This document shows positions 41,934 to 53,959 of a DNA stretch of 64,000 nucleotides, piece after piece. Under the pieces are notes generated by a model. That model worked only from the letters and a program-made list of their open reading frames with translations. It made no database searches and had not been told where the DNA came from. Position 1 is the first letter of the stretch. Every line of letters starts with the position of its first letter. This DNA is from Felis catus (lineage: Eukaryota), in assembly GCF_018350175.1 (NCBI RefSeq), contig NC_058368.1, positions 230,146,001 through 230,210,000 of the forward strand, read 5' to 3'. Both the position numbers and the translations under genes were made by a program.

Positions 41934-42083
41934 AGAGACAGAGCATGAGTGGGGGAGGGGCAGAGAGAGAGGGAGACACAGAATCTGAAGTAGGCTCCAG
42001 GCTCCGAGTTGTCAGCACAGGGGCTCAAACCTACGACCTGAGCCGAAGTTGGACGCTTACCAACAAAGCCACCCAGGTGCCCC
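41877..42083 (-). mobile_element. CAN-SINE with internal deletions
   Basis: Perfect 18-bp TSD agaagataagtatttctt (41859-41876, 42084-42101). Confidence 0.95.
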
Positions 42084-42823
42084 AGAAGATAAGTATTTCT
42101 TAAACAAAATGCCCAAAGGCCCAAGGGTAAGTAGAGAATTTGATGTACTTGACTACATCAAAATAAAAGATTACTGGTTTAAGAAAGGACTTAAACAAAG
42201 GTGAAAGCTGGGATAAGGTAATTGCAACATACAAAGCAGACAGGAAGACTCAAGTCCAGAGTACACAAAAGTTTTGTACATCCACTAGAAGGGCAAAACA
42301 CCTACACACACACACACAACACAAAATAAATAAGAAAGGGCAAAGGATATGATTAGACTGTTCACGGTAGGAGTAAAATATATGCTAAGACCTGTAAAAT
42401 AAGTTAGATCCTACTAATTGTTGTGCTTGATTTTATGTGTCACCTTGACTGGCCATGGGGTAAGAGAACTCTAAGACCCTGATAATCAAAAATGCAAAGT
42501 AAAGCAAGAAGGATATTGCTTTATAACTATCAATCTGGGGATTATTCAAAAGTCAAATAATATTAAATCCTGGCAAGGATGTGGGCAAAGAGGTACTCAC
42601 AGCCCATGAAAACAGGGGCAGCCACTCTCACAACATGATTTTTTTTTCTAAAAAAGCTTTTTTAAAGGGCATCATAGCATGCATGTGTTCTTAAAATTGT
42701 ACATGCAAAAATACCACCCTTTATCTAATAAAAGAAGATGAATAGATGGTTACATGTTTAATGTATTAGAGAGTGGGGGGGGGGTTAGTTGTGGCAGGGA
42801 TGTGTGTAGAAATAGAGGAGGAA

Positions 42824-43062
42824 GGGGGCACCTGGGTGGCGCAGTCGGTTGAGCGTCCGACTTCAGCCAGGTCACGATCTCGCGGTCCGTGAGTTTGAGC
42901 CCCGCATCAGGCTCTGGGCTGATGGCTCGGAGCCTGGAGCCTGTTTCCGATTCTGTGTCTCCCTCTCTCTCTGCCCTTCCCCCGTTCATGCTCTGTCTCT
43001 CTCTGTCCGAAAAATAAATAAACGTTGAAAAAAAAATTTTTTTTTAATAAAAAAAAAAAAAA
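42824..43062 (+). mobile_element. Young felid CAN-SINE (SINEC_Fc-like)
   Basis: cttcagccaggtcacgatctcgcggtccgtg body. TSD agaaatagaggaggaa(gg) at 42808 and 43063. Confidence 0.97.
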
Positions 43063-43227
43063 AGAAATAGAGGAGGAAGGAAAAAAGTAATAAAATAAAA
43101 TTGAACAGAAGAGGTACCTTGCAGAAAACCTTCTTAAGTGTGTGCCGTGAACCAACGCGTAGCTCTGTAAGTCAGTGCACCATGAGTCCTGAAAAGGAAA
43201 AAAAAAAAAAAAGAAAAAACAAAAACA

Positions 43228-43630
43228 AATAAACACTGCCTTGGCCAGGTTGTCAAGGTCTACGTCAACAGTGACAAGTCACATGGGCGCCCTCTGGTGT
43301 CATGAACTTGCCTCTTTATCTCTGTGGTCTTCCTCCCCAAACCCACCATCTCTGTCTTAGGATGAGAGAAAAGTGAGACATATCCTAATAATGGGACATT
43401 CTATAAAATATCTGACTACCACTCATGAAAACTGTCAAGGTCATCAAAGACAAAAAAAAAAAAGTCTGAGAAACTGTCATGCACCAATATTGGTTTAAGA
43501 ATTGTGATAAATATGCCACACTACTATGAAATGTCTATAAAGCGGGAAAAACTGAACGTGGGGTATATGGGCATTCTCTGTACTGTTTTCCTAATTTTTT
43601 TCTGTAAAGCTAAAACCATTTTAAAATATG
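43228..43630 (+). mobile_element. L1MC-like 3' end
   Basis: tctgtggtcttcctccccaaaccc...gggacattcta...aaaactgtcaaggtcatcaaa...gtctgagaaactgtca...gggtatatgggcattctctgtact. Confidence 0.8.
43284..43302 (-). promoter_or_regulatory. Candidate CTCF motif
   Basis: Minus strand TGACACCAGAGGGCGCCCA matches CCASYAGRKGGCRSY at 14 of 15 positions. Confidence 0.5.
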
Positions 43631-44394
43631 TAGTCTAATAAATTAGTGGGAGCAAGATTGGAGTGGGACATAGAATTATTCCATGCTAGACTAAGCAAGT
43701 GAGAATATATTTTGATTTTGGAATGTATTTGAGTTGGGGGGCCTCTAAAGGATTGAGTCGTAAAATATGAATTCTAGAAGGCCTCTGAAGGCTCACGTGC
43801 AGAAGGAGCAGTAGATCAGGGCGGCGACTTTAGAAAGCGAGTCGAGATAAGGCTGAGTCCCGAACCAGGCAACAGCACTGAGAATGAGTAGGAAGCAGAA
43901 GGTAAAACGATAAAGCATTGGAATTAAAGCAGTTAATCTCTGAGTAAATGGGGTGGATTGGAGGAAGGAGGGAAGAGTCTGCCCGCATGGTTTTTAAGTT
44001 GAAAATGGAACGTTGCAAAAAGTTTACAAAAGGAAAGAAAATGGCCTAAGGAAGTGTTCACAATACCAAGAAACAATCTGGCGAGGAAGTCGTGCCTGGA
44101 ATTTTGTAACGTTAGAGAAAATTCCGTGGAACTGGACTTCCCCGTGTGGCTGTGGGTTTTCTGGTCTCAACCAGACAATACTTAGAAGCTGACTTTTGTC
44201 AGCCTCTGTGATGTGATAATTTCTGTTTGTAACCAGCAGTGTCAGTTGATTGACTGACTTCTCTGAAAATGCATCCAGGTTTTCAGTCCCCTGTTGCTTC
44301 AATAAATGCGGCGGCTTTACACATTTCTGTGCTGAAAGCGAATTAAGAGGGTCCTGGGTTTAGTGTGCTTGCTTCCATATCGATTTATCCAGCT

Positions 44395-45640
44395 CCCAAC
44401 AACATGGCTGACTGAGCTGATGTCTACTGGCCTTCTTTCTGCATACTAGAAACTCTTAGAAATCATCAATAAAATATGACCAAAATATTTAATCCGTAGC
44501 TAATCTCCAAGGAAAGCAAGGGGTATCTCCAGGCACCAGAAATTGAGAAATCAAAGCCAGTGGAACGTGAAAGCAAGGCTCTGAGTTTAAGATCCAGATA
44601 TAAACTGAGAGGAAAGAGAACCAGATGCTAAAAGCCCGTTGCTAAAGGCTGAATGTGTGCCCCCCGCTCCAAATTCATATGTTGAAACCTAATCCCCAGT
44701 GTAATGGTATCTGGAGGTGGGGTCTCTGGGAGGTGACTAGGTCATGAGAGTGGGGCCTTATGAATGGGATCAGTGCCCTTATAAAAGAGACCCCACAGAG
44801 CTCCCTCATGCGGATACAATGAGCAGGTGGCAATCTGTAAGCCAAGAAGAGGGTTCTCACTAGAAGCCAGCCATGCTGACATCCTTATCTCAGACTTCCC
44901 AGTGTCCAGAACTGTAAGAAATATTTTTTATAGGCCATCCAGTCTATAATACTTTGTTATAAAAGTCCGAACAGATGAAGATACCCACCCAGCGAGAAGG
45001 ATGCAACTTTAGGTTGGATGAAGAGGGAGCTGAGCCATCTCTACACAATGCCTAGAGACTCAAAGTCCAGCCCCATCTGTGGAAAAAGGTAGAAACTCAC
45101 TGACCACTGGTTTGGGATCAACAGGGCAGCCGGTCCACTCAGGGCAGTTGGGTGGGGAAAACCCTCTCCCTTGAGAAACCCAAATTCTAGACCCATTTGA
45201 AGGTAGCATCTAAATTTGCACCCTGCGTGCCGTGCAGAAACTCTAGCTCAAAAGGTTAAGCTGAAGAGATTGTCCAGAAGCCCTTCGGCGCCAGCATGGG
45301 CATAGGTAACACTTCTCTGAAGGGCCGGCCCTTCCACAAAGCAGATCATGCAAAAATCCCACAGGAAAAAAAGAGAAAACGCTGCTGAACGTGAGCTCAG
45401 AGTTAAAAATGTCAAGTGACAAGACAAATGAGTCACCATGAAGGAGTCAAGGTTTTCAACAAACAGAATGATTAGCAATCCAGGAATTTGAGCAGAGCAA
45501 ACTGAAAGAAACAAAAGAAGAAAGCATAGAAATTGAAAAAGGACAAAATAGAATTTCTAGAAATGAACTAGTATAGTCACTAAAGTTAAAGCCTCGTGGG
45601 AATGTTTGAGTAACCCCAGTATTGACGATACACTCATTAG
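44395..45640 (+). mobile_element. Old L1M/HAL1-like 5' UTR to ORF1 fragment, interrupted by an MLT1
   Basis: caacatggctgactgagc start and an A-rich ORF1-like stretch (aaatagaatttctagaaatgaa). Confidence 0.45.
44640..44983 (+). mobile_element. MLT1A/B-like solo LTR
   Basis: tgctaaaggctgaatgtgtg...aaattcatatgttgaaacctaatccccagtgtaatggtat...ccagaactgtaagaaat. Confidence 0.9.
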
Positions 45641-45837
45641 ACATTTCAGAATAGTGGTCAAGGGCCTGGTAAACACCTTGGAAACAGTGTCTAAACACCT
45701 ATCTGAAAGCTTGCTATTATTTTGGAGAGTCACTGCTTCCTGTGGTTTACGCCATGGGACTATTGAGATGGTTTCATTCTTTCCCCAGATTTTTATCCTG
45801 AGTTTTTTTGATTGATAAGTACTTCCTAATCCCCTTA

Positions 45838-46562
45838 TTCATTTATTTTTTGTTGAATAAATTTGACATGTAACATTGTATAAGTTTAAAGCATACAGCC
45901 TGTTACTTTGGTATGTTGATTTATTGTAACATGATTGCCCGTGTAGGGATATTTGTCACATTATGCAATTATAGTACAATATTATTGTCTATATTCACTA
46001 TACTGTGCATTAGATCTCCATGGATTATTTACTGCTTGTTACAAGTTTGTACCCTTAAACACCATCACTCTTACCCCCTGCTTCCCATCCCCTGGTAAAA
46101 TCACCATTTTACTCTCTGTTTTTTCCAGGTTTGCCTTTTATAGATTCCACATATTCTCTGCCCTACTTTTCTCGCTTAGCACAGTGTGCTTAAGGTCCAT
46201 GCATGTTGTCCTGATTGGAAGGATATCCTCCTTTCTCATAACTAATATTCCATTCTACATATGTACCACATCTTCTTTATCCATTCATCTGTTGATGGGC
46301 ATTTGGGTTGTTTCCATATCTTGGTTAATATGAAGTAATGTTATGGTAAACATAGGAAGGCAGAGATCTTGTCAGAATCCCGTTTTCATTTCTCTGGGTA
46401 TTTACCCAGGAGTGGGATTGCTGGATCATATGGTAGTTCTATTTTGAATTTTGTGAGAAACCTCCATGCTGTTTTCCGTAGTGGTTGGACCAACTTACAG
46501 TCCCACCAACAATGTATAAGGGTTCCCTTTTCACCATCCCTTTTCATGCTTGCCAGCACCTG
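45838..46562 (-). mobile_element. L1 3' end (L1MA/carnivore-type)
   Basis: ccacatcttctttatccattcatctgttgatggg...agtgggattgctggatcatatggtagttct...tcccaccaacaatgtataagggttccc. Confidence 0.9.
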
Positions 46563-46791
46563 TGAAATCCCCCTTTATAGACCTGAAGTGTCATAAGTGG
46601 ACTTACTGTTTGTTTTAATGAGTTTCCATGTTATGATCACACAGTGAAAAATCACTTTTCTTCTCTCACCTTCATCTCCATTGGCTGGAAGACCTGATAG
46701 ATCCTTAGGGACTCTGATTCCAAAGGATCATATAACCTCTCAGGTTGCCATGATTCCCTCTTTAGCGGACTGGGGACCACTTTTATCCCAG

Positions 46792-46851
46792 GACACCTGG
46801 TACCCTGGAAATACCACAGGACTACAGTTTTCTTTTATTGTTAACTATGCC
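46792..46851 (+). other. Candidate 60-nt internal exon (DTWYPGNTTGLQFSFIVNYA); host gene unknown
   Basis: ttttatcccAG acceptor and GTGAGT donor, length a multiple of 3, paralogous segment at 48000-48059 with synonymous-biased differences. Confidence 0.3.
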
Positions 46852-49800
46852 GTGAGTCTCACTCTCCCTGCTGACATTGCCGTTTCTTGGTGTTGATTAG
46901 AATAACGATTCCAGCTTGGCACTTTACGCTAAGACATTTTTAACTCTCTAATTTGAATTAATAAAAGAAGAAGAAACTGACATACCTTAGTTAAAAGAGG
47001 AAGAATAGCACAGTATCACTAAAAGCGAACACGTACTTTTTATCCTATTCTTTTTACAAACTAAATTTAAAGGCAGACAGTACTTGCTCATCTTTATGCC
47101 CTGTAAAAGTACTATGTATGTGTTAGATGTATGTTTAAAGACACTTATTAAAAGTTCTGAATACTTCCGAATGTCTAAAAAAATGAAATGTTAGTTGCAC
47201 AATAAAGCCGATTGGTCAGAATTCATTTTAGGGATTTCTGCCCTTACTACTAAGATTAAATCCCCAATAATTACTGCTCAAATAATGTTAATAATTCTGT
47301 AAGTAAAAAGATATTACCTGGAGCCCAAACACATCTTTTTAAAAAAACAATCTAGTAAAAAGTGTTTGTTCATTTAGTCTACTTACTTATTTTAAATATG
47401 TATATAACACAGAGAGAAAACAAATTAAATTTCAAAAGCCAGAACCTGTTAAGACATCTTTTCCCACGCATGAATATTCTGGGCAGGGCCAGGCCTGACA
47501 AAATCGCCAGGCTGACACAATAGCTACTCACCCCAGAGACATCACAGATGTCAGGACCTTGGACATGTACTAAGACGAGCACAACATGTAGGATGGAGAG
47601 AGGCATCTTGGGGCCAGCTCATTCCAAATAAAGCCAAGCCAGGCAGAAACCATCCAAAAAGAGGAAGGTGGGGGATGAAGGGGTCACACGGTAGAGCTGG
47701 CCTGTCATGTCCAAAGCAGGGGCAAGCCCGGGAGAACCTAAGCTCTCTTCACTCTCTTGATGGAGTTCACAGCCTGTGCTGGCTCCATGGACACTTCCTG
47801 CACATCTTGGACACATTGCAGCTCTCCTGCGGGCCATGCTGTGGACACCAGCCTCATGGATCAGCTTCCACCTGTGCTCCTTGCATGCGTCCATGAGTAT
47901 CCTTGTGAGCAATACCCCCTCTTCGGTCTGGGCAGCAGGACCCAGCCTTGGGTTCTGTACTTCTACTGTGTCCAGCTCCTGCTTCTAGACCACACTCAGG
48001 ATACCCGGTTCCCTGGAAACATCGACATAGCACAGTTCTCCTTCATTGTAAATTCTACCCGCATAACATTGCTGCTGCTGTACCTGCACGCGTGGAAACT
48101 TGAACCCGCAGAAGATCATTCGCCCCAGAATGAGCTTGTCACAAAGAATCGATTGGGTGGTATGAGAGAGGGCAAGTGGATAAGAAGGCATCGGTGACTT
48201 TCATGGTGATGGTCTTACAGAACCACTGCTAACGGGGGCCTTGGAGATGCTGTCATCTCCTCAGTATCTCTGGAGTCTGCGGATAGTATGCTCGTCAGCA
48301 AGTAATTTTTTTATCGTCATTTTTAGAGGCGTGATTTTTTCTGAAGTACTTCAAGTCAGAATGGAGGGGGGTAGCTCGCAATACTCAAAACTTTGGAAAA
48401 GGAAGAGAGAGAGGAGTCAATTTTTTATTGTCCTTAGTAAGTCTTTACGCTTGACTCTGTAGACTTTCCTCTACATGTGATATGTCATAACCTAGTGTTG
48501 ATTTGAGCGTAGAATTTGGGAGACACCAGCTAGTATGTTTTGCCATATTTTCTTCAATTTTTTTCCCCTAAAGACAATAGATCTGGAGGAACTCGTTAAT
48601 AAACTGGCAGATGAGTTTCAAGATCCTGATGAAAAGGTCTGGAACCCAGTGGTAATCGGTAACTCCTCTGAATGAACTACCTTCCAGATGAATGGCTGTA
48701 GGAGAGAACAGTCTCCTTTTAAAAGTTCCGTAAAGTCCATTTTTAGTTGCACCCCTCATCTGTTTCCACAAAGGCTGCCATTCGAGAAGCTTTTCCAAAA
48801 ATGGCCGTCTGCACCTGCGGATTCAAGTGGAATACCGTCTTCAACAGCACCTTGCACAGGTAGCCACCATGGACTGTAGCAGCACCCATAGTTTGATAAT
48901 GAAATTCCAAGGAGTAATAAAAAAAAAAAAAAAAAAACCTCCAGATGGATGTGGTCATCTCCTTGCCAGTATTTTTGGAGAGGCTAAACTGGACCAGTCT
49001 GCTAAATTTACTTAATCACCTCAATTGGTTTTAATATTTTTAGGGCCTGGACCATTTTGGGAGGAGAAACAGATGTTGTATGATAGCTGTGAGTTTTTCA
49101 GGACCTGCTGCTGAAATAATTACAGATCAGGAACCGCACAGTCAAAAGTGATCTTCATTTGAGTCAGTTTGGCAAAAATAAAGGTGACGGGAAGGCTGTC
49201 TCCCTTTTGTTTGTCCGCTTAGTCCTTTCGTTTCAAAATTGGGACACGGCTCTTGTGAGAATGCCCAGGTGCACAGCTGTTGCATTTATTATGTTTCCGA
49301 GTTTTACCATTTGCTAAAACATGCATATTCATCAACAGTAATTGAGAGCAACCCATTAACTGTGAAAGTAAGAGGATGCAAAAAAAAAAAAAAAAAAAGA
49401 ACAGTCTAGTTTCTTGTTTGGGATATTTTGTATTATTTCAAGAAAAACTCTGATTGAGTAGACACAGTGAAAGACAGAGGGTTTTTGGAAAATATTTTAA
49501 TACACTTACTTGGAAAAGTTGTGCATATTAATAACAATGTGAACAGTCATTTTGTGAAAATATAAAATGTTTCCAGTCATTTTTACCAAAATTATTTAAG
49601 AAAAATGTATCTTCCAAAATACAAAAACAGTTACAATAATCATGAAGTCTAGAGAAAAAAGTGGGGTAGGGGAAGAAGAGAGAAATATCCTTTCCATTAG
49701 GAGAAACGAGGCACACGAGGAGAAATCATTTGGGGGTCTCTACCTGTACTCAAGGTAACTGACTAAACAAGGTGTTAACTCTTTCATGTCGTTAGGTGTT

Positions 49801-49879
49801 TATAGTAAATATGGCCACAATGACTGAACACCTGTATCAAAACCATGGCTGAATATTTGTAGGATTTTAGTTAACAAAG

Positions 49880-50610
49880 TATATGACTCAATCTCGGCTC
49901 TTTTTATCTCTTAAACCCCATACCCCACCCAGCAATCAATCCTGTTACCTTACCTTCATAATCTAGCCAGGATCACTCACTCCTCATCACCTTCTTACCT
50001 AACAGGTCCTCTGCTCTATCACACCTGAAGAGTTGCCTTTGCCCCATGAGTGGCCTCCCAGCTTCAGCTCCTCAAGAGTCTATTCTCAAGAGTCTATTCT
50101 CAGCACAAGAGTCAGTGTCATCTTTAAAAGCTTATGTCAGTTATTTTCACTCTCTAGTTCAAGTACTTCCTGCCTCCCAGGATACTCAGATAAACGTCAA
50201 AGTGCCTATTACAACTGAGTTGGTCTTCTGATGTTCACCGCTCCCTGGGCTGGTGACATACAGCCCTTCGGGTGCTGTGTTCCCTGGAGGACATTGAAAA
50301 CGTTCTTTCCTCTGCCTGGGACTCTCCTCCCATACCTTATCACCTGCTCCCCCTTTTCACCAGCTTGGTGAAGACCTCCCCATACTTCATTTAGAACTTA
50401 ACACTTCACCTTATGTATCCCTGTTTCCTTTTGTCACCTTCCAACATACTATACATTTATTTACTGACTAACCCCATCTAATATCTTCCTCTCTCAACAA
50501 CAGAATTAAGAACATTTGTCTGTTTGGTTAACTACTGAATTTCCCTAAATGTACCCAGAGAGTCCTAGGCACTTGTAGAGAATCAATAAATATCTGGTGA
50601 ATGAAATATC
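49880..50610 (+). mobile_element. L2 3' portion
   Basis: Pyrimidine-rich L2 motifs, ending ctaggcacttgtagagaatcaataaatatctggtgaatgaa. Confidence 0.75.
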
Positions 50611-51341
50611 CAGTGTGTTTGCTGTATAGTTTTTTAATCATGTCATTTAGATATAATCTCCAAAGTGAATCTTAGGTCCTAGTCACCACTAGCTAACAAA
50701 AGTTAGCTCAACATAACTAATTAAAACTGCTTCTAAACGAACACATTTTTCCAGTCTCTATAGAGCCTGCCTCACTGATCAGTTGAGAATGGAACTCTGT
50801 CTCATTTATAAATAAAATTACTTTCCCAGCTGCCAAAGCTTAACAGCCAAACCTCTAGTTCATAAACATCTTCCTGTTCTGCTTTCTAATTCATTAATAA
50901 TAGTAATAATACAAGAAATTGAGTCAGGGTTTGCTTTTTACATGACAAAGAAAAAAAGGTATAGCTATGTATAGATACAGATATATATCATTTTATATAT
51001 ATTTATACCTGGTGCAACTATGGCAAGAGGGTTGTACTCTAACTGAATTCTGGCAGAGTCAGTCAAAAGTTGAGAAAGTAGGAAATGATGCCAGGAAATG
51101 GTTTGTATCTCTCACCCTGCTAGGATGGAGTCACCACAAGTGAATCCTCAAAATATGTAACTGGGAACCAAGTTTCCCTTATGCATAGGTTTATATGCCT
51201 GAGAACTCTGGCGTAAATTTTTTTTTATCAAAAACACAAGTGAAAGATGGAAAAATGGTTTAACAAAAAGCCAAAACACCCAAAGAAAAAAGTAATTAGT
51301 CCTCCTTATGGATGTATGGGTATTACTGCACAATTTAAGAG

Positions 51342-51412
51342 ATGGATGGATGGATGGATGGATGGATGGATGGATGGATGGATGGATAGAGGGGTAGACA
51401 GATAGATAGTAG
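51342..51412 (+). repeat. (GATG)n microsatellite with a degenerate GATA/GACA tail
   Basis: Directly visible. Confidence 0.95.
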
Positions 51413-52596
51413 ACAAACAGAATGTATTACTTCAGTAGACACTTATAAGTACGTTTTCAAGTTTTGTGCATAATTGTCATGAGAAATAGCCTTAACAGTG
51501 TACCATATACCAAAAATAGGATTATTATTTGAATACACTTTCTAACTTGGCCAGAAGCGATACAATATAATTACAGTACACTTGAAATGAAATGTTGGAG
51601 CGGGAGCACTTAAATTGGAAAAGCTATTATGTTGGACTTGTGCGATTAATCTCTGAGAAGAATGGCAAACAGGTTTTTAATGAGTTTTAAATGTAGGACT
51701 AAGATTGATGGATCGTCCACACTGGGTACCAAGGCTGAGGAGTAAACCAACGCGGGGAAGGAGGGCATCCATGCAAAGTCCACATGGGACGGAGGCAGTT
51801 CCTGGTGTCAGTGTTGTCCTTTTGTTTGTTTCTTTACACCATGGCCATTTCTTTGCTGTAGACCAGAGTTAAGAAACCTATAGACTGGAATTGTAGCAAC
51901 TCATTTCTTTGTCGACATCTTTAATCATTTGAACAACACACCGTATAGCATAAAAGTCACTTACTTCCCAAGACCCCAGAAATAGAGTTTATTTCCCATT
52001 TATATTTGTAACTTTACTTAAAAAAAATTCTGCTTCAGTTTTCGTGCTGAAATTTTTTCTCATTATAACCTATTTCAATCCAGCTTATTATTTTGAAGGA
52101 AAAAAAAAGTAAGTAGAATATTCCTTTCGTAAGTGCACCTAGAATATCCTAAGACTGAAGTCCGAGGTCACAAATGGTGAACAATCATCCACTGCCACAT
52201 CAAGAAATGTGCAGTGAGGAACAGGTATGCCAGAAGAGACCAAGGCCAGGACTCAAGTTGAGAAACAATGTGTGGCAGATATCGGTGCTTTTCAGTAGAT
52301 CAAGTCCAAAGTGAATGCCAAGGAGCCAAGCCTTGCCTGAAAGATCACCTGTGTCTTCTGCCTGTGAGGTCATTGAGAGTGAGGTATAAATAACCTTGAC
52401 TTTAAAATTGCAAATGTGATCTCTCTCAGCCTCAGCTCTTTGCTCTGGGCCAGGAATTATGCTCTGTAGTTTGAGTGGACACACACAACTTGCGGAAGTG
52501 AGTTTAGATATCCCTGGATTATAGTGAAAAAGAGAGGCATTTCTTCGTCAGCAAGGCTAAATCTCAGTGATCCTCTGTGGAGGTCTTGAAATCCCG

Positions 52597-52946
52597 TGCT
52601 CTGATCTGAATGCTCGTGTCCCTCCTCCCCCAAATTCTTAATGTTGAAATTTTAGCTCCCAATGTGATGGCATTTGGAGGTGAGACACTTGGAAAGGGAT
52701 TATTTCAGGCAGGTGGAGCCTTCGTGGTGGCAATAGGGCTCTTACAAGAGACCCAGAGAGGTCCTTCACCCCCACCGCCATGTGAGGACACAATGAGAAG
52801 TCTGTGACCTGGAAAAGATTCCCCACCCAACCGCGCAGGCACTGGGATCTCAGACGTCCAGCCTCCAGAACTGTGAGAAATAAGTCTGTTGTTTATAAGA
52901 TGCCCAGTTCAATGCACTCTTAGAGCAGCCCAGACAGACTGAGACA
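52597..52946 (+). mobile_element. MLT1A/B-like solo LTR
   Basis: ccaaattcttaatgttgaaat...ccatgtgaggacaca...ccagcctccagaactgtgagaaataa...gactgagaca. Confidence 0.9.
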
Positions 52947-53094
52947 CCACCAGGACCTGGGTGCCACCTGCAGTGTCTGTTACCTCCTACCCTTGTTTTC
53001 CTCTGTCACCTTCGGTTAGTTCAGTTCAGACCACAGGGTTCACTATAACCTGGATATCAAATAACAACGAAACAGTGATCCTAATATCACCTTT

Positions 53095-53312
53095 GAAAAT
53101 TTTTTTTATGTTTATTTATTCTTGAGAGAGAGAGAGAGACAGAGCATGAGTGAGGGAGGGGCAGAGAGAGAGAGGGAGACACAGAATCTGAAACAGGCTC
53201 CAGGCTCTGAATTCTCAGCACAGAGCCCAACGCAGGGCTCGAGCTCACCAGCCATGAGATCATGACCTGAGCCGAAGTCGGATGCGTAACCGACTGAGCC
53301 ACCCAGGCGCCC
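53095..53312 (-). mobile_element. CAN-SINE (feliform type)
   Basis: TSD ctaatatcaccttt on both sides. Confidence 0.96.
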
Positions 53313-53959
53313 CACTAATATCACCTTTTAATGATAAAACATTTTATTGTTACATTTTTAAACTTTACCCAGAATGTACATGGGTGCTACACAGTATCTT
53401 TTAGAAGCAATGTCTTGGTCCCTATTTCTTTCAAATCTAAAATTACTTCTTGAAAACTAATTTTCCCAATCCTTGAATGCAAATAGTTGAATTTTTCAAA
53501 ATGTCACTCTATTATTTCCTTCTTTATGAGGAGCGTTGTTGGCTCAGTGATCCATTCCAGCTTTGAAATTTAGTGATTTTATAATGCTTGTGCATCGAAG
53601 CTAGAACATGTTGCAAATGGTTTGGGTCAATCATCCTGAGGGTAACAGAGTCCCAGTGACCTTGACCTGTTGTCTCTGGGCTTAGTCCACCCCAAAGTCA
53701 ATCAGAGTTCTTGAAGCTAGACCAGCTAGAGCTACGCCTGGTTCTTATAGCTGAGAGGTTCATAAGCAATCTCTTACTCTGGGTCGTATTGGATCTCCTC
53801 CCTACCTGGCCTGTTTCTCATTCCTTGGGTTTATTTTTACATGTAGTCTGAGGTTCTTGCAAAATGGTGGGGTTTTGGGCTGAGGTTGGGATTTTTGTAC
53901 CTTCTGCCCTGTCTATACATATCCAAGTACATGTGCAGATGAGACCTGAAAATACTTCA

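Noticed and set aside
48060..48090. Antisense peptide YSSSNVMRVEF resembles a CUB-domain strand
   Set aside because: The following xSD motif is missing, a stop follows soon after, and no other CUB exons are visible.
48840..48885. RE1/REST-like cagcaccttgcacag
   Set aside because: There is a mismatch in the GGACAG core and the flanks are poor, so it is likely chance.
50071..50110. Short tandem duplications (ctcaagagtctatt x2; also ~1420, ~17682, ~29422)
   Set aside because: Ordinary local slippage duplications of two units, not arrays.
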